Shown here in pieces: positions 38,171 to 50,624 of a stretch of DNA of 64,000 bases. Source of the DNA: Malacoraja senta. Its lineage: Eukaryota. The translations under genes and the position numbers were made by a program. Below the pieces are notes generated by a model. That model saw nothing but the letters and a program-made list of their open reading frames with translations, was not told the origin of the DNA and made no database searches. Numbering within the stretch: position 1 is the stretch's first letter; each line of letters starts with the position of its first letter. Where the stretch lies: assembly GCA_038087875.1 (NCBI GenBank), contig CM075977.1, positions 308,264,001 through 308,328,000 of the forward strand, read 5' to 3'.

Positions 38171-39319
38171 TTAGCATAGTTATCCATGCAAGAGAAAGGT
38201 CAAATAAATGCTGCACCAAGTCAGAGCCATTTGGTCTGAAGAAAAACTGGGTTTGCTTTTAGGCCAACTTTATATTAGCCAAATCTGATTTCTTTCAGTG
38301 AGCTAAACCAAAATAAAATGAACCAGAAGCAATTTAATTATGAACTTCCAACTTTTGAAAATACTTATACTATATGCCTGGGATTCGGAATTAGAGCTGT
38401 CAATAACTCTGCTAAATGTTGTAGTGGCCATTTGGCTTATTTTGTATGTCATTAATTATAGCATGTGCCTTTAAATTGTAGACTGCCTGTTATTATGTCG
38501 GTGGGATTTATGACATATTCTAGGGCGTGTTTGGAGATGGTTTCTTGCACAGAAGCTTAGTTTTTAGTTTAGTTTTGAACTTACATGGGGAAAGTCTACC
38601 CTTCGACCATGTGATGTTTAACCGAGACACGAGGAGTTTTCTAACGTTTAAGCGATATGCTGGAGTTTGACGAAGATAAAAGTGTATGAGTCGGAGAAGA
38701 AGGTCGGATGTATCTTATTATGTTTATTCAACAATAAAGAAACTGTGAATATGTTATGAAGATTTATCTGTGAAGAAGCTCTGAAGGTCTCACGGAGAGC
38801 TCACATGTGTATTACGACATTCTCCTCAACCATGTAGTTTACCTAGTGGCTAGAGGGAGTAATCTCTTGAACGATATAAAAATCTGCCGTTACAAATATC
38901 ACTTTTCAACTAATCCTTCTTCCGTTTATAATGCCTGGCTTCGAGGGAAAATACAACAATTTACAAGCATATACTCCAAACAAATGCTAGTGCTCTGGTC
39001 AATCTTCCAATTTTAACATGCACTGATTCAATCTAAAATTTGACAAAAGTATCACTTATGTTCAATGTCTGTACAGCACAAGCCCTCACATCACACTCTT
39101 ACATCATGTTGAAATCAATACTTCTGATCTTCATGTTGCAAAACCCATGTTGCTCTGTTGTATCATGATGCGGAATGTGGAAAGCTTGTGGTTCAGTTTG
39201 TTGATGGGCTGCTAGGTTTCATGTTTAAATAGACTAGTTACCTATCAAAACAAATAACACACTAACACCAATGTAATCAAGAGAATCGGTGTACAGAATT
39301 GCGATTACATTTAGCTTCT

Positions 39320-40018
39320 TTGATATTTGGTATCTGTGAGTCTCCGTCCAATACTATATGCCCATTGAATTCTCACACACCATTGTGATGGCTGTTTACA
39401 TTCCTCCATCCGCCAACCTCTACGCGCGCATAACGTCATCCACACAGTCACCGTGAGACTCCAGACACAACATCCGAGTGCCTTCATCGCTATCTCAGGG
39501 GATTTCAATCATGTGACTCTGAACGCTCCCTTACCCACTTTCACTCAGTTTGTTGACTGTCCCACCAGGTATATGAAAACATTGGACCTGCTGTATGCCC
39601 ATGTTAAAGAGGCATACAGCTCCTAGCCCTTCCGCCACTGGGAAGATCTGACCACAACCTGGTTCACCTTCTACCCAGGTATAAGCCAATGATCCAGAGG
39701 CTGCCTGTGACCACGTCAGTGAGGAAGTGGTCACAAGAGGCCTGTGACGATCTACAGAGCTGTTTCGAGGACACCATTTGGCACACACTCTGTAGTCCCC
39801 ATGGAGAGGATATTCATGGACTCACAAACTGTTATCAGCTCCATAAAGTTCTGTGCGGATAACAATGTCCCTGAGGAGACTATACACTGTTTCCCCAACA
39901 ACAAGTCCTGGGTCACCAGTGACATAAAGGCCATTCTCAACCAGAAGAAGAGGGCCTTCAGGAATGGTGACAGGGAGGATGTGAAATGGCTGCAGAAAGA
40001 TCTGAAGGCGAGACTGAG
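39320..40018 (+). mobile_element. Rex1/Babar LINE APE-region fragment
   Basis: AVYIPPSAN, ISGDFNH, VDCPTR..TLDLLYA, LGRSDHNLVHL and FPNNKSWVTSDIK across frameshifts. Confidence 0.8.
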
Positions 40019-41919
40019 ACAATAGACAATAGGTGCAGAAGTAGGCCAATCGGCCCTTCGAGCTAGCACTGCCGTTCACTGTGATCATGGCTGATCATCC
40101 ACCTGACTGTTGCAGAGAGAATTGGTAATGCAGAACAATTGTCGTGGGAACAGTTGAGTACAATTACATGTAAGAAAGTCTTGGATTAAGAACTTGGAAT
40201 GGTTACCGCAACAAAAGCTTTTCACTGTATCTCGGTACACGTGACAATAAACTAAACTGAATTGAAAATCTTTGCAGGTGTGTTTTGTGTAAGTTTACTT
40301 TCAGACCTAGAATATGACAGTGACAGCTGATATAAGTTCATAAATATACACCAACAATAAATGATTTTGTTAATGCCAATCTTACTGCTTTCTTACTTAC
40401 TACTACACCGGGGCCATTCATCCCATTGGATCTATGGTGCTCCCAGTAGAACAATCTCATTCCTCCCATTACCCCTTTATTCACTTCCCGTAGTCCCTCT
40501 CTCTCTTTCTCTTTCATGGCAATCCAATTATTTTTCTGATTCTTTTGCCACTTCCCCACAGTGAGGGGTAATTTGAGGTAGCCAATTAACCTGCCACCGT
40601 ATCTACGGGATGTGAGAAGGCACCAGAGCACCCATCAGAAGGCCTCAAAGGGAAGGTGGAAGCTCCATATAGATAACATCCCAGGTCAGGATCGAACTCT
40701 AATCTCCAGCAATGTGAGGCAAAAGGGACAAGATGCTGCATCATTCTGCTGACTTCACCAGTCTTACTTTGACAGTAAAACCTTTGCATCTTGACAAATC
40801 CCTTTCAAACTGAAAGTGCATATCTTCCAACTATCCTGTGAGGGGATTATAATACACCAGATTATGGCAAATGATGCAACATTCTCGGAAAGTCCTGGGT
40901 AATTTTGGTTGGTTTTTTTGCTTGGAATGGATGTATGGTTGAAAAGATGAAACTAACAAAGGTTTTGGGCATTGGTGTTACCTTTGTTTCACTTTAGACA
41001 GGTGCTCCTGACCTGCTGAACATTTCCACCTTTATCTGTTTTGATTTCAGATTTCAACATCTTCCTTTGATTCTGAGTCTATTTTGTCTGTTAATTGACC
41101 AATGTATCTGTTTGAGGTGTGACAGCATTTTGTTACAGACATTTTCTATTTGGTTTATATTGGTGATCAGTAGTGGATTCTTTGTGATGGGATTATTAGG
41201 GAGAAAAATCATGAGTACTAAACATCCTGATTTTAACTCATGTTTCTCCAAAATAAAGATGATTAATCTTCTATTCCTAAGAAAGATAAACATAGTTCTT
41301 TGCTTATATTCAATTACAAATGCCAGCAAGGATTGCGTTATTGCTAATGCATTTCTTTTCAAGATTGTTTTAATAATATTCTTAATGCACATCAAAGGGT
41401 TGGGCAGCATCTTCCAACACCAGAACTGAAGGCCCTTTGGGACAAGTAAATAATCAAGGCATCAAGCCGCTGTTGGCTCAATTTTGGACAATACAAGAAA
41501 CACCCTGAGGGAAGCAAGATTATTCCAGGGGTTAAAAAACATTGACCCAGAAATAGCTCCACTGGTTTTGATCCACAAATCCGCAGTTCCGTTTTTATTA
41601 GGCTCTGTTTCAATTTCGATTCCTAAAGAAAGCTGAAGGCATTTAGAGAGTATCCTTCTCAAATTTGTTTTCTCTAAGAAATGTGTATATGTCCTACATC
41701 TGCAACAAAACATTATCAAAGGCATACAAATTCCAAGCAAAATGGACATTTTTCTGCTCGGCAAATGGTGCGTCACAAGAATCATGGGGTCTCAAAGTTT
41801 TACAATACAGTATATATTGGATGAAGATACTGGAGTAGATTTGCTAAATGTTCTGATGATCATAAAGGTAGGTAGGAAAATAAGCTAACATGGACACAAA
41901 GAGGATGCAAAGAAATAGG

Positions 41920-42700
41920 ATCACAAGAAACTGCAGACGCTGGAATCTTGAGCATGACCAAAATGCTGGAGGAACTCAGCTAGACAGTCAACATCTATGG
42001 TAGGAATGGACAGACGGCGTTCCAGGTTGGGACCTTTCGTCAGATTTGGAGTTGGGGGGAGAAAGTTGGAAAAGAGAGTTAGGGGCAGAACAAAGCCTGC
42101 AAGTGAAAGGTGGATAAACGTCTGAAGAAGGGTCTCGACCCAAAGTGTCACACATTCCTTCTCTCCAGAGATGCTGCCTGTCCCGTTGAGTTACTCCAGC
42201 TTTTTGTGTCTACCAAAGTGAAAGGTGGATACATGTGAGGGGGGATGATTAGCAGATGGTTGTGATAAATGGAAAGGGCAAGAAGTGAAAAGAAAAACAA
42301 AACAGTGCCAGATAAGGGGAGAAGAGGAGAAGCGAAATGTAAAGCCGGGTGAGGGATATGGGTAGAAGGCAATGGGAGGAAATGGACAGTGGTGAGGATA
42401 AAAGGGAAATGGGGGACTCGGGGCAGGGAAGATGAGTAGACAAAGGAGGTGAAAGGAACATGGTTACTGAAGAGATGGGAGATGGTTGGAGGATGTATGC
42501 ACATGGGAAAGGAAAGTGGGGCATGGGAAAGGGGTTAGGGAGATATTACTAAAATCGGAAGAATTCAACGTTCATACCGTACAGTTGTAAGGTACTGAAG
42601 TAGAACATGAGGTGCTATTCTTCTATATTGAAGGCAGCCCCACTCTGGCAATTGAGGAGGCCAGTATGGGCATGAGAATGGGAGTTCTAATGATTAGATC
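41920..42700. mobile_element. Cluster of Penelope-like terminal repeats and a GIY-YIG tail in both orientations
   Basis: actgcagacgctgg..gaactcagc repeat, ctgaagaagggtctcgaccc at 42122, and a degenerate ..GMNVEFF coding end on the minus strand. Confidence 0.6.
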
Positions 42701-44658
42701 CAGCAGGCCTTGGTGGAGTGTCAGTGTTGATCTCCCAGTTAGCATTGTCTTGTTTACCAAAGTGAATCAGAGAATGATGGGACATCAACTATATCCATAT
42801 CCATATACTAAACCAGGACCAGGGGTCACAGTTTAAGAATAAGGGGTAGGCCACTTAGGACTGAGATGAGCAAAAACATTTTCATCCAGAGAGTTGTGAA
42901 TCTGTGGAATTCTGCCACAGAAGGCAATGGAGGCTAATGGATGTTTTCAAGAGAGAGTTATATTTAGCTCTTAGGGCTAAAGGAATCAAGGGGTATGGGG
43001 AAAAATTAAGAACGGGGTACTGATTTTAGATGATCAGCCATGACCATATTGAATGACGGTGCTGGCTTCAAATGTCGAATGGTCTACACCTGCATCTATT
43101 TTTCAATGTTTTCTATGTTCTATTTCCTCCATACTTTCACCATCAGTTGACAGAATATGGATGGAATATTGGATTGTGTTGGGGAGTCCTGAAGGGTGAG
43201 TGGGTTAGCAAATTTGGGAATAAGACAGTGTGGACTGGAGGTGCCAGACATGTTTCTGGGTGACAAGAGTTTGAGGATGCCAGTAGTGCATTTGGGAGAT
43301 GAAAGTAGTAGTTCATGCAATCATGCAGGCCCGGGAATGGACGGAGGTAGAAATTAGGCTTATGAGTTGATCAGGCTCAGTGGATGGTTAGCAAAAGATG
43401 TGAATGGCATTGCTAGAGGCAATGTCAATGAACACCAAGGAAAATACTTGGAGAAGGACCTCGTATAATCCAAGGGCAGCTTGAGCTTCATGGCAATAGC
43501 CCTGTTGTACTCTTTATCTGACACCAAAGTAAGCTTTGGTTCCCCAGATAAAGCCTGATATTTGTACAATTGTTTTCCAGACATAGATTGCATGTGTCCA
43601 GTGGCTTCCTTGTGCATGCGCTTCAATGCACTGAGCATCTAGATCAAAATGTTGTACCTTTAAACTTTACCGAGATAGTGCAGGAACATTTAAATTATAT
43701 TGAGAAGTGTGGCATATTTGCTTTATCAAATGTCATTAAAGTTGATATTTTATGACAATTGTTTAGTTTGCATTATAATTTTATTATAATTTTAATCATT
43801 TGCAAATTATTAGATTAGCGATTTTAATGTCACAGCTGACTTTTAGCTTTAGTTCTTTAATGCATGCACCTTATCTCAATTTATTTTTCACATTAATAAA
43901 TAAACAAAGTTTAAAGAATAACTTAAATATTGAAAACAAATGATTTTAGGGAGAAAATAAAAATCTATATTTTGATTTGAGCGAAATTTCTATATCAGAT
44001 AGAGGACAAAGAAGCAGTGGTTTAAGACAAATTTGCCTAAAATCACAAGTATTCAACACATGGAATGGCCTCTGTTGCAAATTGGGGCTAAGACATAATG
44101 TGCTGTTTAAGAAACTATTGAAAACTGTATTGATGCACCTCAGATTTTTCTGGATGGATGAGCTAGAAGGGGCCAAATGGCCTTCCTCAATGAGACATAG
44201 CTTGCGACAATTAATCTTTAGAAGTAATATGGTGTTGTAAAAAGTTTTGAAATAGCTTTAACTAAGCTATGAGCTGCTTGCTCATCTGTACATTGGTATT
44301 AATGTAGCAATATATAAAACTAATAAGAAAATCGTGGAGAGTACTGAGAGTGAGCTACCATATGAAGTGCTTTTCTTTATTAAGTGCGGCTGATTTTAAA
44401 AGATGGGATATCTCCATGTAAGGAGCTGTATTCAGAGAGAGGGATGTGATTTATTAATATTTAGTGTTCAAAATGAGAAGTGTGACATCTGGAACCTTCC
44501 ATCACCATTTTTTTCTTCTTGTTTTTTAATCATGATGAAGCAATTCAACTTTCAGTGAAACTGGCAATGATGTGGATAAAGTACTCATCAATTGTTTGTA
44601 GACAAAAATGCTGGAGAAACTTGGCGGGTGAGGCAGCATCTATGGAGCGAAGGAAATA

Positions 44659-44690
44659 GGCAACGTTTCGGGTCGAGACCCTTCTTCAGA
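44659..44690 (-). ncRNA. Minimal hammerhead motif in a Penelope terminal repeat
   Basis: CTGAAGA-A-GGGTC-TC-GACCC-GAAA-CGTT. Confidence 0.6.
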
Positions 44691-47464
44691 AATCAATTGT
44701 TTGTACTAAATTTAATCAAACGTGCCATTGTACAATTGCAAGCAGCTTGGCCAAACCACCCATCATGTTTTGAGATGATGATTGTAAGTTTTTGCATGCA
44801 AGTGTCGCAAAGCTGTCGTCAAGTATAATGATCATCGACTAACTGATGAGACTGTCACGATAAGAAAATTGTGAAAACACCACCTCTACTGTATCAAATT
44901 AGTCCATTAAGCAAATTCTTGGAATAACTGTTGATACAGGAAAATGAAATACATAATAGTGTGTTCAATTGCATCAGATTAGTCCAAGGATGACTTACGA
45001 AAAATGTCTCAAACAACTGAAATGATGTCTGGTACATTTTGATGAATGATGTAAACTTTATTTGCCTATTTACAAATTCTGCGAGCATCACCAGAGCTTT
45101 GTCATGCAACATTCTTCACTATCTGATTAGAGTTTGCTTGGTTCATAAACTAAGTCTTATGTTCGATCCGACTAGTCACATGTGATTTATACTCCAAACA
45201 CATAATTGCAATAGGAATTATGGCAACGTTGTGTTGGAGCTTAATGTGATCTTTCTGCCTGATTTATTCCTTCCACGTGGGAGTGTTAGCATTGGAATCT
45301 CTTCAAAATGTTACAAGCTTTGGTTCTCAAGATAAAGCCTGATGTATAAAAACACAAATCATAAAATTCTGATGTACCTTTTATTAATTCAAATTTCTCC
45401 TCTATGATCAAAAAATGTCCGTGAAAACAGGCACAGTATAGCTAGAAAGACTGAGCTTCTGAACAAGTTTTAAAAGGTCTGATGGTTTTATTAACATTTA
45501 TTGGAGATAAAAACATTGAAACATTTTACAGGTTTAAATAGAAACCAAAAGGATCAACATTTGTTTAGAGTAACATCATTTACAAAAGCTTAAGTGTGAA
45601 CTCAATACTTATTGGAATATCTAACCCATTGTATTGGGGATGGAGGTTGGGTGTTGGGTGGGAAGTGAGGTTTGGGGTGGTATATTGTCCCTTTCGGATA
45701 ATATAAAAAAGTTATTTTATAATTTGCGTTGCAAGCGGGGATTGGGTGCATATAATTGGACATTCAGACATGCTATCCTTTCCCTGAGAGTGGGTCTGTG
45801 GGAAGTGATGCCATGATCATATTGAATGGCGGTGCAGGCTCGAAGGGCCGAATGGCCTACTCCTGCACCTATTTTCCATGTTTCTAAATGACTGGCCCAA
45901 ATAGAATCCTCAGCTATGTTTCACATCCTGAGCAGACCAGCTAACATAAGTATTTGTGAATATCTTTACATTTTCCCTACGGCACTCTGTGGTTCCCACC
46001 TGCTTTAAGAAGCCCACCTTCATCCTAATGCTGCAGGGAACCAAGATAGAATGCCTTAATGACTACAATCCAGCAGCTTGTTCACCAACATGAAATGTTT
46101 CAAGATACTGGACACAGTGTAGTCAACTACAGCCTCCCAAACAACCTAGATCCATTGCCTCTCCCTGGCCCAACGCTCATCTCTGGACACATCTGCACAG
46201 CAAGGTCAACTATGTCAGACTCCTGTAAACATGGCCTTCAGTACCATAAACTCCTTCATCTACAAACTCCTGGAACTAGGACTCAGACCTCCCCCTCTAC
46301 AGCCGGATCCTTGACTCCCTGTTCCCTAGACCTCTAACAGTAAGGAGCAAAATATCATTAATGACAATTCTCAATAAGGCTGCATCCTTAGTCTCTTACT
46401 ATACTCCCAATACACACAACACAGTGGCCAAAAATTGGGTTAGTTTAGTATAGAGATACAGCATGGAAACAGGCCAAAGATCAGCATGTCTCCAATTACT
46501 TTTGCAATTTCTGCAGATGCACTAAAGAAAGCATCCTATCAAGATGCATCACAGCATGGTATGGCAATTATTATGCCCAAGATGCAAGAAATGTCAGAGA
46601 ATTGTCCAGTCTAGACCATAAGACAAATGAGCCTTTCCTCCATCATGTACACTTCACACTGCCTCAAGAAAGCTGTTTTCACTGTATTTCAGTACGTGAC
46701 TAAAATAAACTATTACCAATATCAATGTAAAAGTGGAAAATTATGTGTGCTGCATGTGCTAATGTTCAATAAATACCACGTGGAAACAAAAAATTGGAAA
46801 ACTGTCTTCCATTTTTCATGTAATTGTATTTTGTGCCTTTTTTAAAATCATCTAAATATCTGCTCACCTTTGGGCTATTATCTCCTGCTTTCCTTATTTC
46901 TGCAAAATAAGTACAATCCCTAAGGACAGTTTTCACTGCATCCTGCAAGCCGGAGGCAATAATCTGTCGAAAACCATGACCTTCTTTAGATCTTATCAAA
47001 TTGCATAAATATTATGCGGAATACGCAAATACTGGCAAAAAGGAACAAAAAAAAACTGACGCCCAATGTTTTCTGATTTTAGTTTAGGTAAATAATGTTA
47101 TGTCAAATTGAATCAGTATGATTGATGAATAATCAACACCAACTCTATAAACCTGACAATATTTGTTAAAGAAATGGCCTTGCTACAATTTCAATTCATG
47201 TGGCATCAGAAGGGTAGGTTTGGAAAGAGAAAAATCAAGAGTATGGAAAAGAATAACAATTTGCACAAAAAATCAACCTGGTTGTGTCAGATAGGGACCA
47301 ACAATATAGGGTATTGCCTACTTTGACTAAATCAAATAAAAATTGTAAGATAAAATTACAGTGGGCTCTTGAAATTGCTTCAAACCATATTCTTGGTGTG
47401 AAAATAATATCATGAATTACTCTTAACACTATTTGTGAAAGTCATAGAAAGAGTGAGAAATAAT

Positions 47465-47776
47465 AATATGGATAAATGTGAGGTTATCCACTTTGGTGGC
47501 AAGAACAGGAAGGCAGATTATTATCTGAAAGGTGTCAGATTAAGACAAGGGGAGGTGCAACAAGACCTGGGTGTGCTTGTACATCAGTCACTGAAAGTAA
47601 GCATGCAGGTACAGCAGGCAGTGAAGAAAGCTAATGGCATGTTGGCCTTCATTGCGAAATGATTTGAGTTTAGGAGCATGGAGGTCCTACTGCAGTTGTA
47701 CAGTGCCCTGGTGAGACAGCACCTGGAGTATTGTGTGCAGTTTTGGTCTCCTAATTTGAGGAAGGACATTATTGCT
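47465..47776 (+). mobile_element. CR1 RT fragment, truncated at 47776
   Basis: [27 protein letters not shown]. Confidence 0.85.
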
Positions 47777-47869
47777 CATGGCCGTCCGAATGGGGGGTGC
47801 GATGGGTGCAGTTGCACCCTTCTTTTTTTCCAAAGTAAAAATAAATTGGGGCGCAATATTTTTTTATTC

Positions 47870-48300
47870 GACACCTGGACATAGGGAGCCTTGCCTTTGG
47901 GCTCTTTGGCCCTCTTGCAGCCGTACAGCCACTAGATGAACCTGGCGTTGCGCTCGATGACCGAGAGGGCAGAGAGCGGGGGCTTGCTCCTCCCCCGGAG
48001 CGGCTCGTTGCTGCTATCACTGCTGCTGTGCCAGGACTTGAGGGCAAGGCTTTCGAAGGTGGCGTCGGCAGCAAATACTCCCTGGGCACGTTCTCGATCA
48101 CCACGGGTTCGAGTCCGCAGTGCTCGAAGAAACTGTCCAAGCCCGAGCAGGCTCGGGAGAAGACGCAGCTGAGGTCGGAGTGCGAGCGCCGCAATTTGCC
48201 TTCACCAACCTGCCGCTTGAGCGGCTCCTTGGGGCGACCTGCTGCTGCTTCTCGGGGCACTGCTGGCGTGGTTACTTGTGCACCCTGGGATGATGCTGGT
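47870..48300 (-). pseudogene. FAM110-family (FAM110D-like) C-terminal gene fragment
   Basis: LRRSHSDLSCVFSRACSGLDSFFEHCGLEP, then after a frameshift at ~48073 ..LSVIERNARFI*WLYGCKRAKE. These match the conserved FAM110 C-terminal motifs (RSxSD, FFxxCGLxP, SVIERNARxIxWLY). In-frame TAG at 47932-47934. No N-terminus. Confidence 0.85.
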
Positions 48301-48307
48301 GTGACAA

Positions 48308-48897
48308 CTGGGGGGGGGAGAGGAGGGGGGTGGAGAGGAGGGGAAGAGGAGGGGGGAGAGAGGAGAGAGGCCGGTGGAGGGGAGAGGAGGGGAGGGGAGG
48401 GGAGAGGAAGGGGGGAGATGAGGGGGTGGCGGGGAGGGGAGGGGAGGGGAGAGGAGGGGGGAGAAGTGGGAGGGAGGAAGGGAGGGGAGAGGAGGGGGCG
48501 AGAAGAGGGGGGGAGGAGAGGGGGAGAGGAGGGGGAGGAGAAGGGGGAGAGGGGGGAGAGGAGGGAGGGGCGGGAGCAGCGGGCAGCAGGCGTCAACCAA
48601 AGGAGGAGGGAGGGGTGGGGTGATGACACTCGCAGTGCGAGCAAGATGGCGCAGACTTCAAGGTTTGTCAGATTTTTGAAGATTTTCATTAATAACTCGA
48701 GAAATAAAGCATGACATTTTCAGATAAAGCAATTTTGGACTCCAATGGGACAATCTCTACAGGAATATCTAAAAATGTTACCGTTAGCACGACGTTTTTT
48801 CGAGAAGATTTGATTTTCCACAAACAAACACACACACACAAACAAACACACACACGAACAAACAAACACACATCCAAGATCAGAATTTTAATAGTTA
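48308..48897 (-). mobile_element. Helitron unit B (older; first 5 nt displaced to 50160-50164; no 3' hairpin/CTAG found)
   Basis: Reconstructed 5' end A|TCATA^TAACTATTAAAATTCTGATCTTGG. The first ~250 bp are homologous to unit A, followed by a C-rich tract. Confidence 0.7.
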
Positions 48898-50056
48898 CTA
48901 GACCAAGTGGAGCCCGTCGGGTCCCATCCCCACAGCACGCAGCTGCGGGGGGGGGGCCTGTGGCATCACACACACACACTAACCACCCCCCCCCACACAC
49001 ACACATTAACCACCCCCCGCACACACACACAAACCACCCCCCTTGATATTAATATTATTCATTCGCTTCTTTTACCCCATCCCCTCCCTATCCACTCTTT
49101 GCTCCCATATATTATTCATTCATTCGCTTCTTTTACCCCATCCCCATTATTCATTTGCTTCTTTTACCCCATCCCCTCCCTATCCACTAATAGCTCCCAA
49201 CTCGCAGGCGCGTCTAGAGAGGCAGAGGAAGGGGGTGGTACAAAGAGAGGGCATCGAGAGAGGGGGCAGAAACAGAGAGAGAGGGGCAGGGACAGAGACA
49301 GAGAGAGAGAGGGGCAGAGAGAGAGAGAGGGGCAGAGACAGAGAGAAGGGGCGAGAGAGGGAGGTAGAGAGGGGGGTGAGGGAGGGGGAGAGAGGGGGGA
49401 GAGAGGTGGGGGAGAAGAGGGGGAGAGAGGGGGGTGAGAGAGGGGGGAGAGGAGGGGGGAGAGTAGGGGGCGAGAGAGAGGAGGGGTAGAGAGGGTGGAG
49501 AGAGGGGGGCAGAGGTGGGGGGAGAAGGGGGAGAGAGGGGTGAGAGAGAGGGGGAGATAGAGTGGGGGGAGAACGAGGAGGGGAAAGAGAGGGGGGGAGG
49601 ACTGGGCCAAGTACACGGACCCGAGCCGAGCCGAGGACCGGACCCGAGCGAGCCAGCCAAGTCTTTTGAATAACTGGGAGGGGAGGAAGGGTCGGGGGGG
49701 GGGTGATGTCACTCGCAGTGCGTGGATGAAGGGCTCCGAGTGAGCCAGCCGAGCGCGCCAGCTGAGTCTTTTGAATAACTGGGGGGGGGAGTGTGGTCGG
49801 GGGGGTGGGGGGTGGGGGGGTGACGTCACTCGTAGTGCGTGGAAGAAGGGCGCACGGAGCAGACCCATTGTGGCGTCATCAGCGAAAGAGTGGTTTTTAA
49901 ATTCAATGTTTTTTCAGATTTTTGATCATTTTCAGTAATAACTCGAGAAATAAAGCCTGAAATTTTCAGATAAGGCGATTTTGGACTCCATGGAAAAAAT
50001 CTCTACCGGAATATGTAAATTTTTTACTGTTATGATGTGACAACATACAAACAAAT

Positions 50057-50130
<74 letters not shown>

Positions 50131-50159
50131 CCAAGATCAGAGTTTTATAAGTATAAAGA
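48898..50159 (-). mobile_element. Helitron unit A (complete ends)
   Basis: Minus strand 5' A|TCTTTATACTTATAAAACTCTGATCTTGG; 3' TGGGACCCGACGGGCTCCACTTGGTCTAG|T. Termini match the Helitron at 3434-4739. Confidence 0.85.
50059..50129. repeat. (CA)n microsatellite inside the Helitron 5' region
   Basis: About 35 perfect AC units. Confidence 0.95.
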
Positions 50160-50481
50160 TATGATTGAATCAAAATCAAGAATTATAAATTCACATTTCA
50201 AAAATGGTTTCACAATTCAGTTGTACTTATTTTCAGTATTCCATACTAATATTTGAGAATACATGAGGTTGCATGCAAAATACTGATTTTCAAAAATCCG
50301 GTTTCTGTGCAGTACGTTCTATTGCATTTATGTGAGAAATACCGATTTCCCCAACAAAATACTGATTTTCAGCCATCGAAATACGTAAATGCTCGGTGAA
50401 ACTTGGCAGCTCTGCAATTCACAATCATATTTTGTTTGAGAATTTAAAATGTGATTTGTGATCTTGTTTATGAGTCATCAT

Positions 50482-50624
50482 AAGGACAAGGACGACAGAT
50501 GGCGCAATGGGCTAAGTGTTCGGCTGGCAACCGGAAGGTAGCCGGTTCGAATCCCGCTTGGAGTGCATACTGTCGTTGTGTCCTTGGGCAAGACACTTCA
50601 CCCATCCATTATTATTATTATTAT
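50482..50624 (+). mobile_element. Short tRNA(Asn)-derived SINE with CORE-like segment and (ATT)n tail
   Basis: A-box TGGCGCAATGG (50500-50510), GTTCGGCTGGCAACCGGAAGGT resembling the tRNA-Asn anticodon arm, B-box GGTTCGAATCC (50544-50554), then gtgtccttgggcaagacactt and (att)n. Confidence 0.75.

Noticed and set aside
38470-38970. CpG-enriched stretch resembling a DNA-transposon interior
   Set aside because: No matching TIRs or TSD could be defined.
46850-46881. Exon-like AG..GTGAG segment on the minus strand (a similar one lies near 62800-62860)
   Set aside because: Does not encode TUSC3 sequence; such cryptic sites are expected by chance in a long intron.
47932-47935. CTAG|T inside the FAM110 fragment as a possible Helitron 3' end
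   Set aside because: No convincing upstream hairpin, and FAM110 homology continues past it. It is simply the nonsense mutation.
48028-49868. Gly/Glu/Arg- and Pro/Ser/Leu-rich ORFs
   Set aside because: Purine/pyrimidine tracts of the Helitron units. Only the FAM110 portion shows real protein homology.
50493-50565. Functional tRNA gene
   Set aside because: Acceptor and T stems are broken and a SINE body and tail follow.
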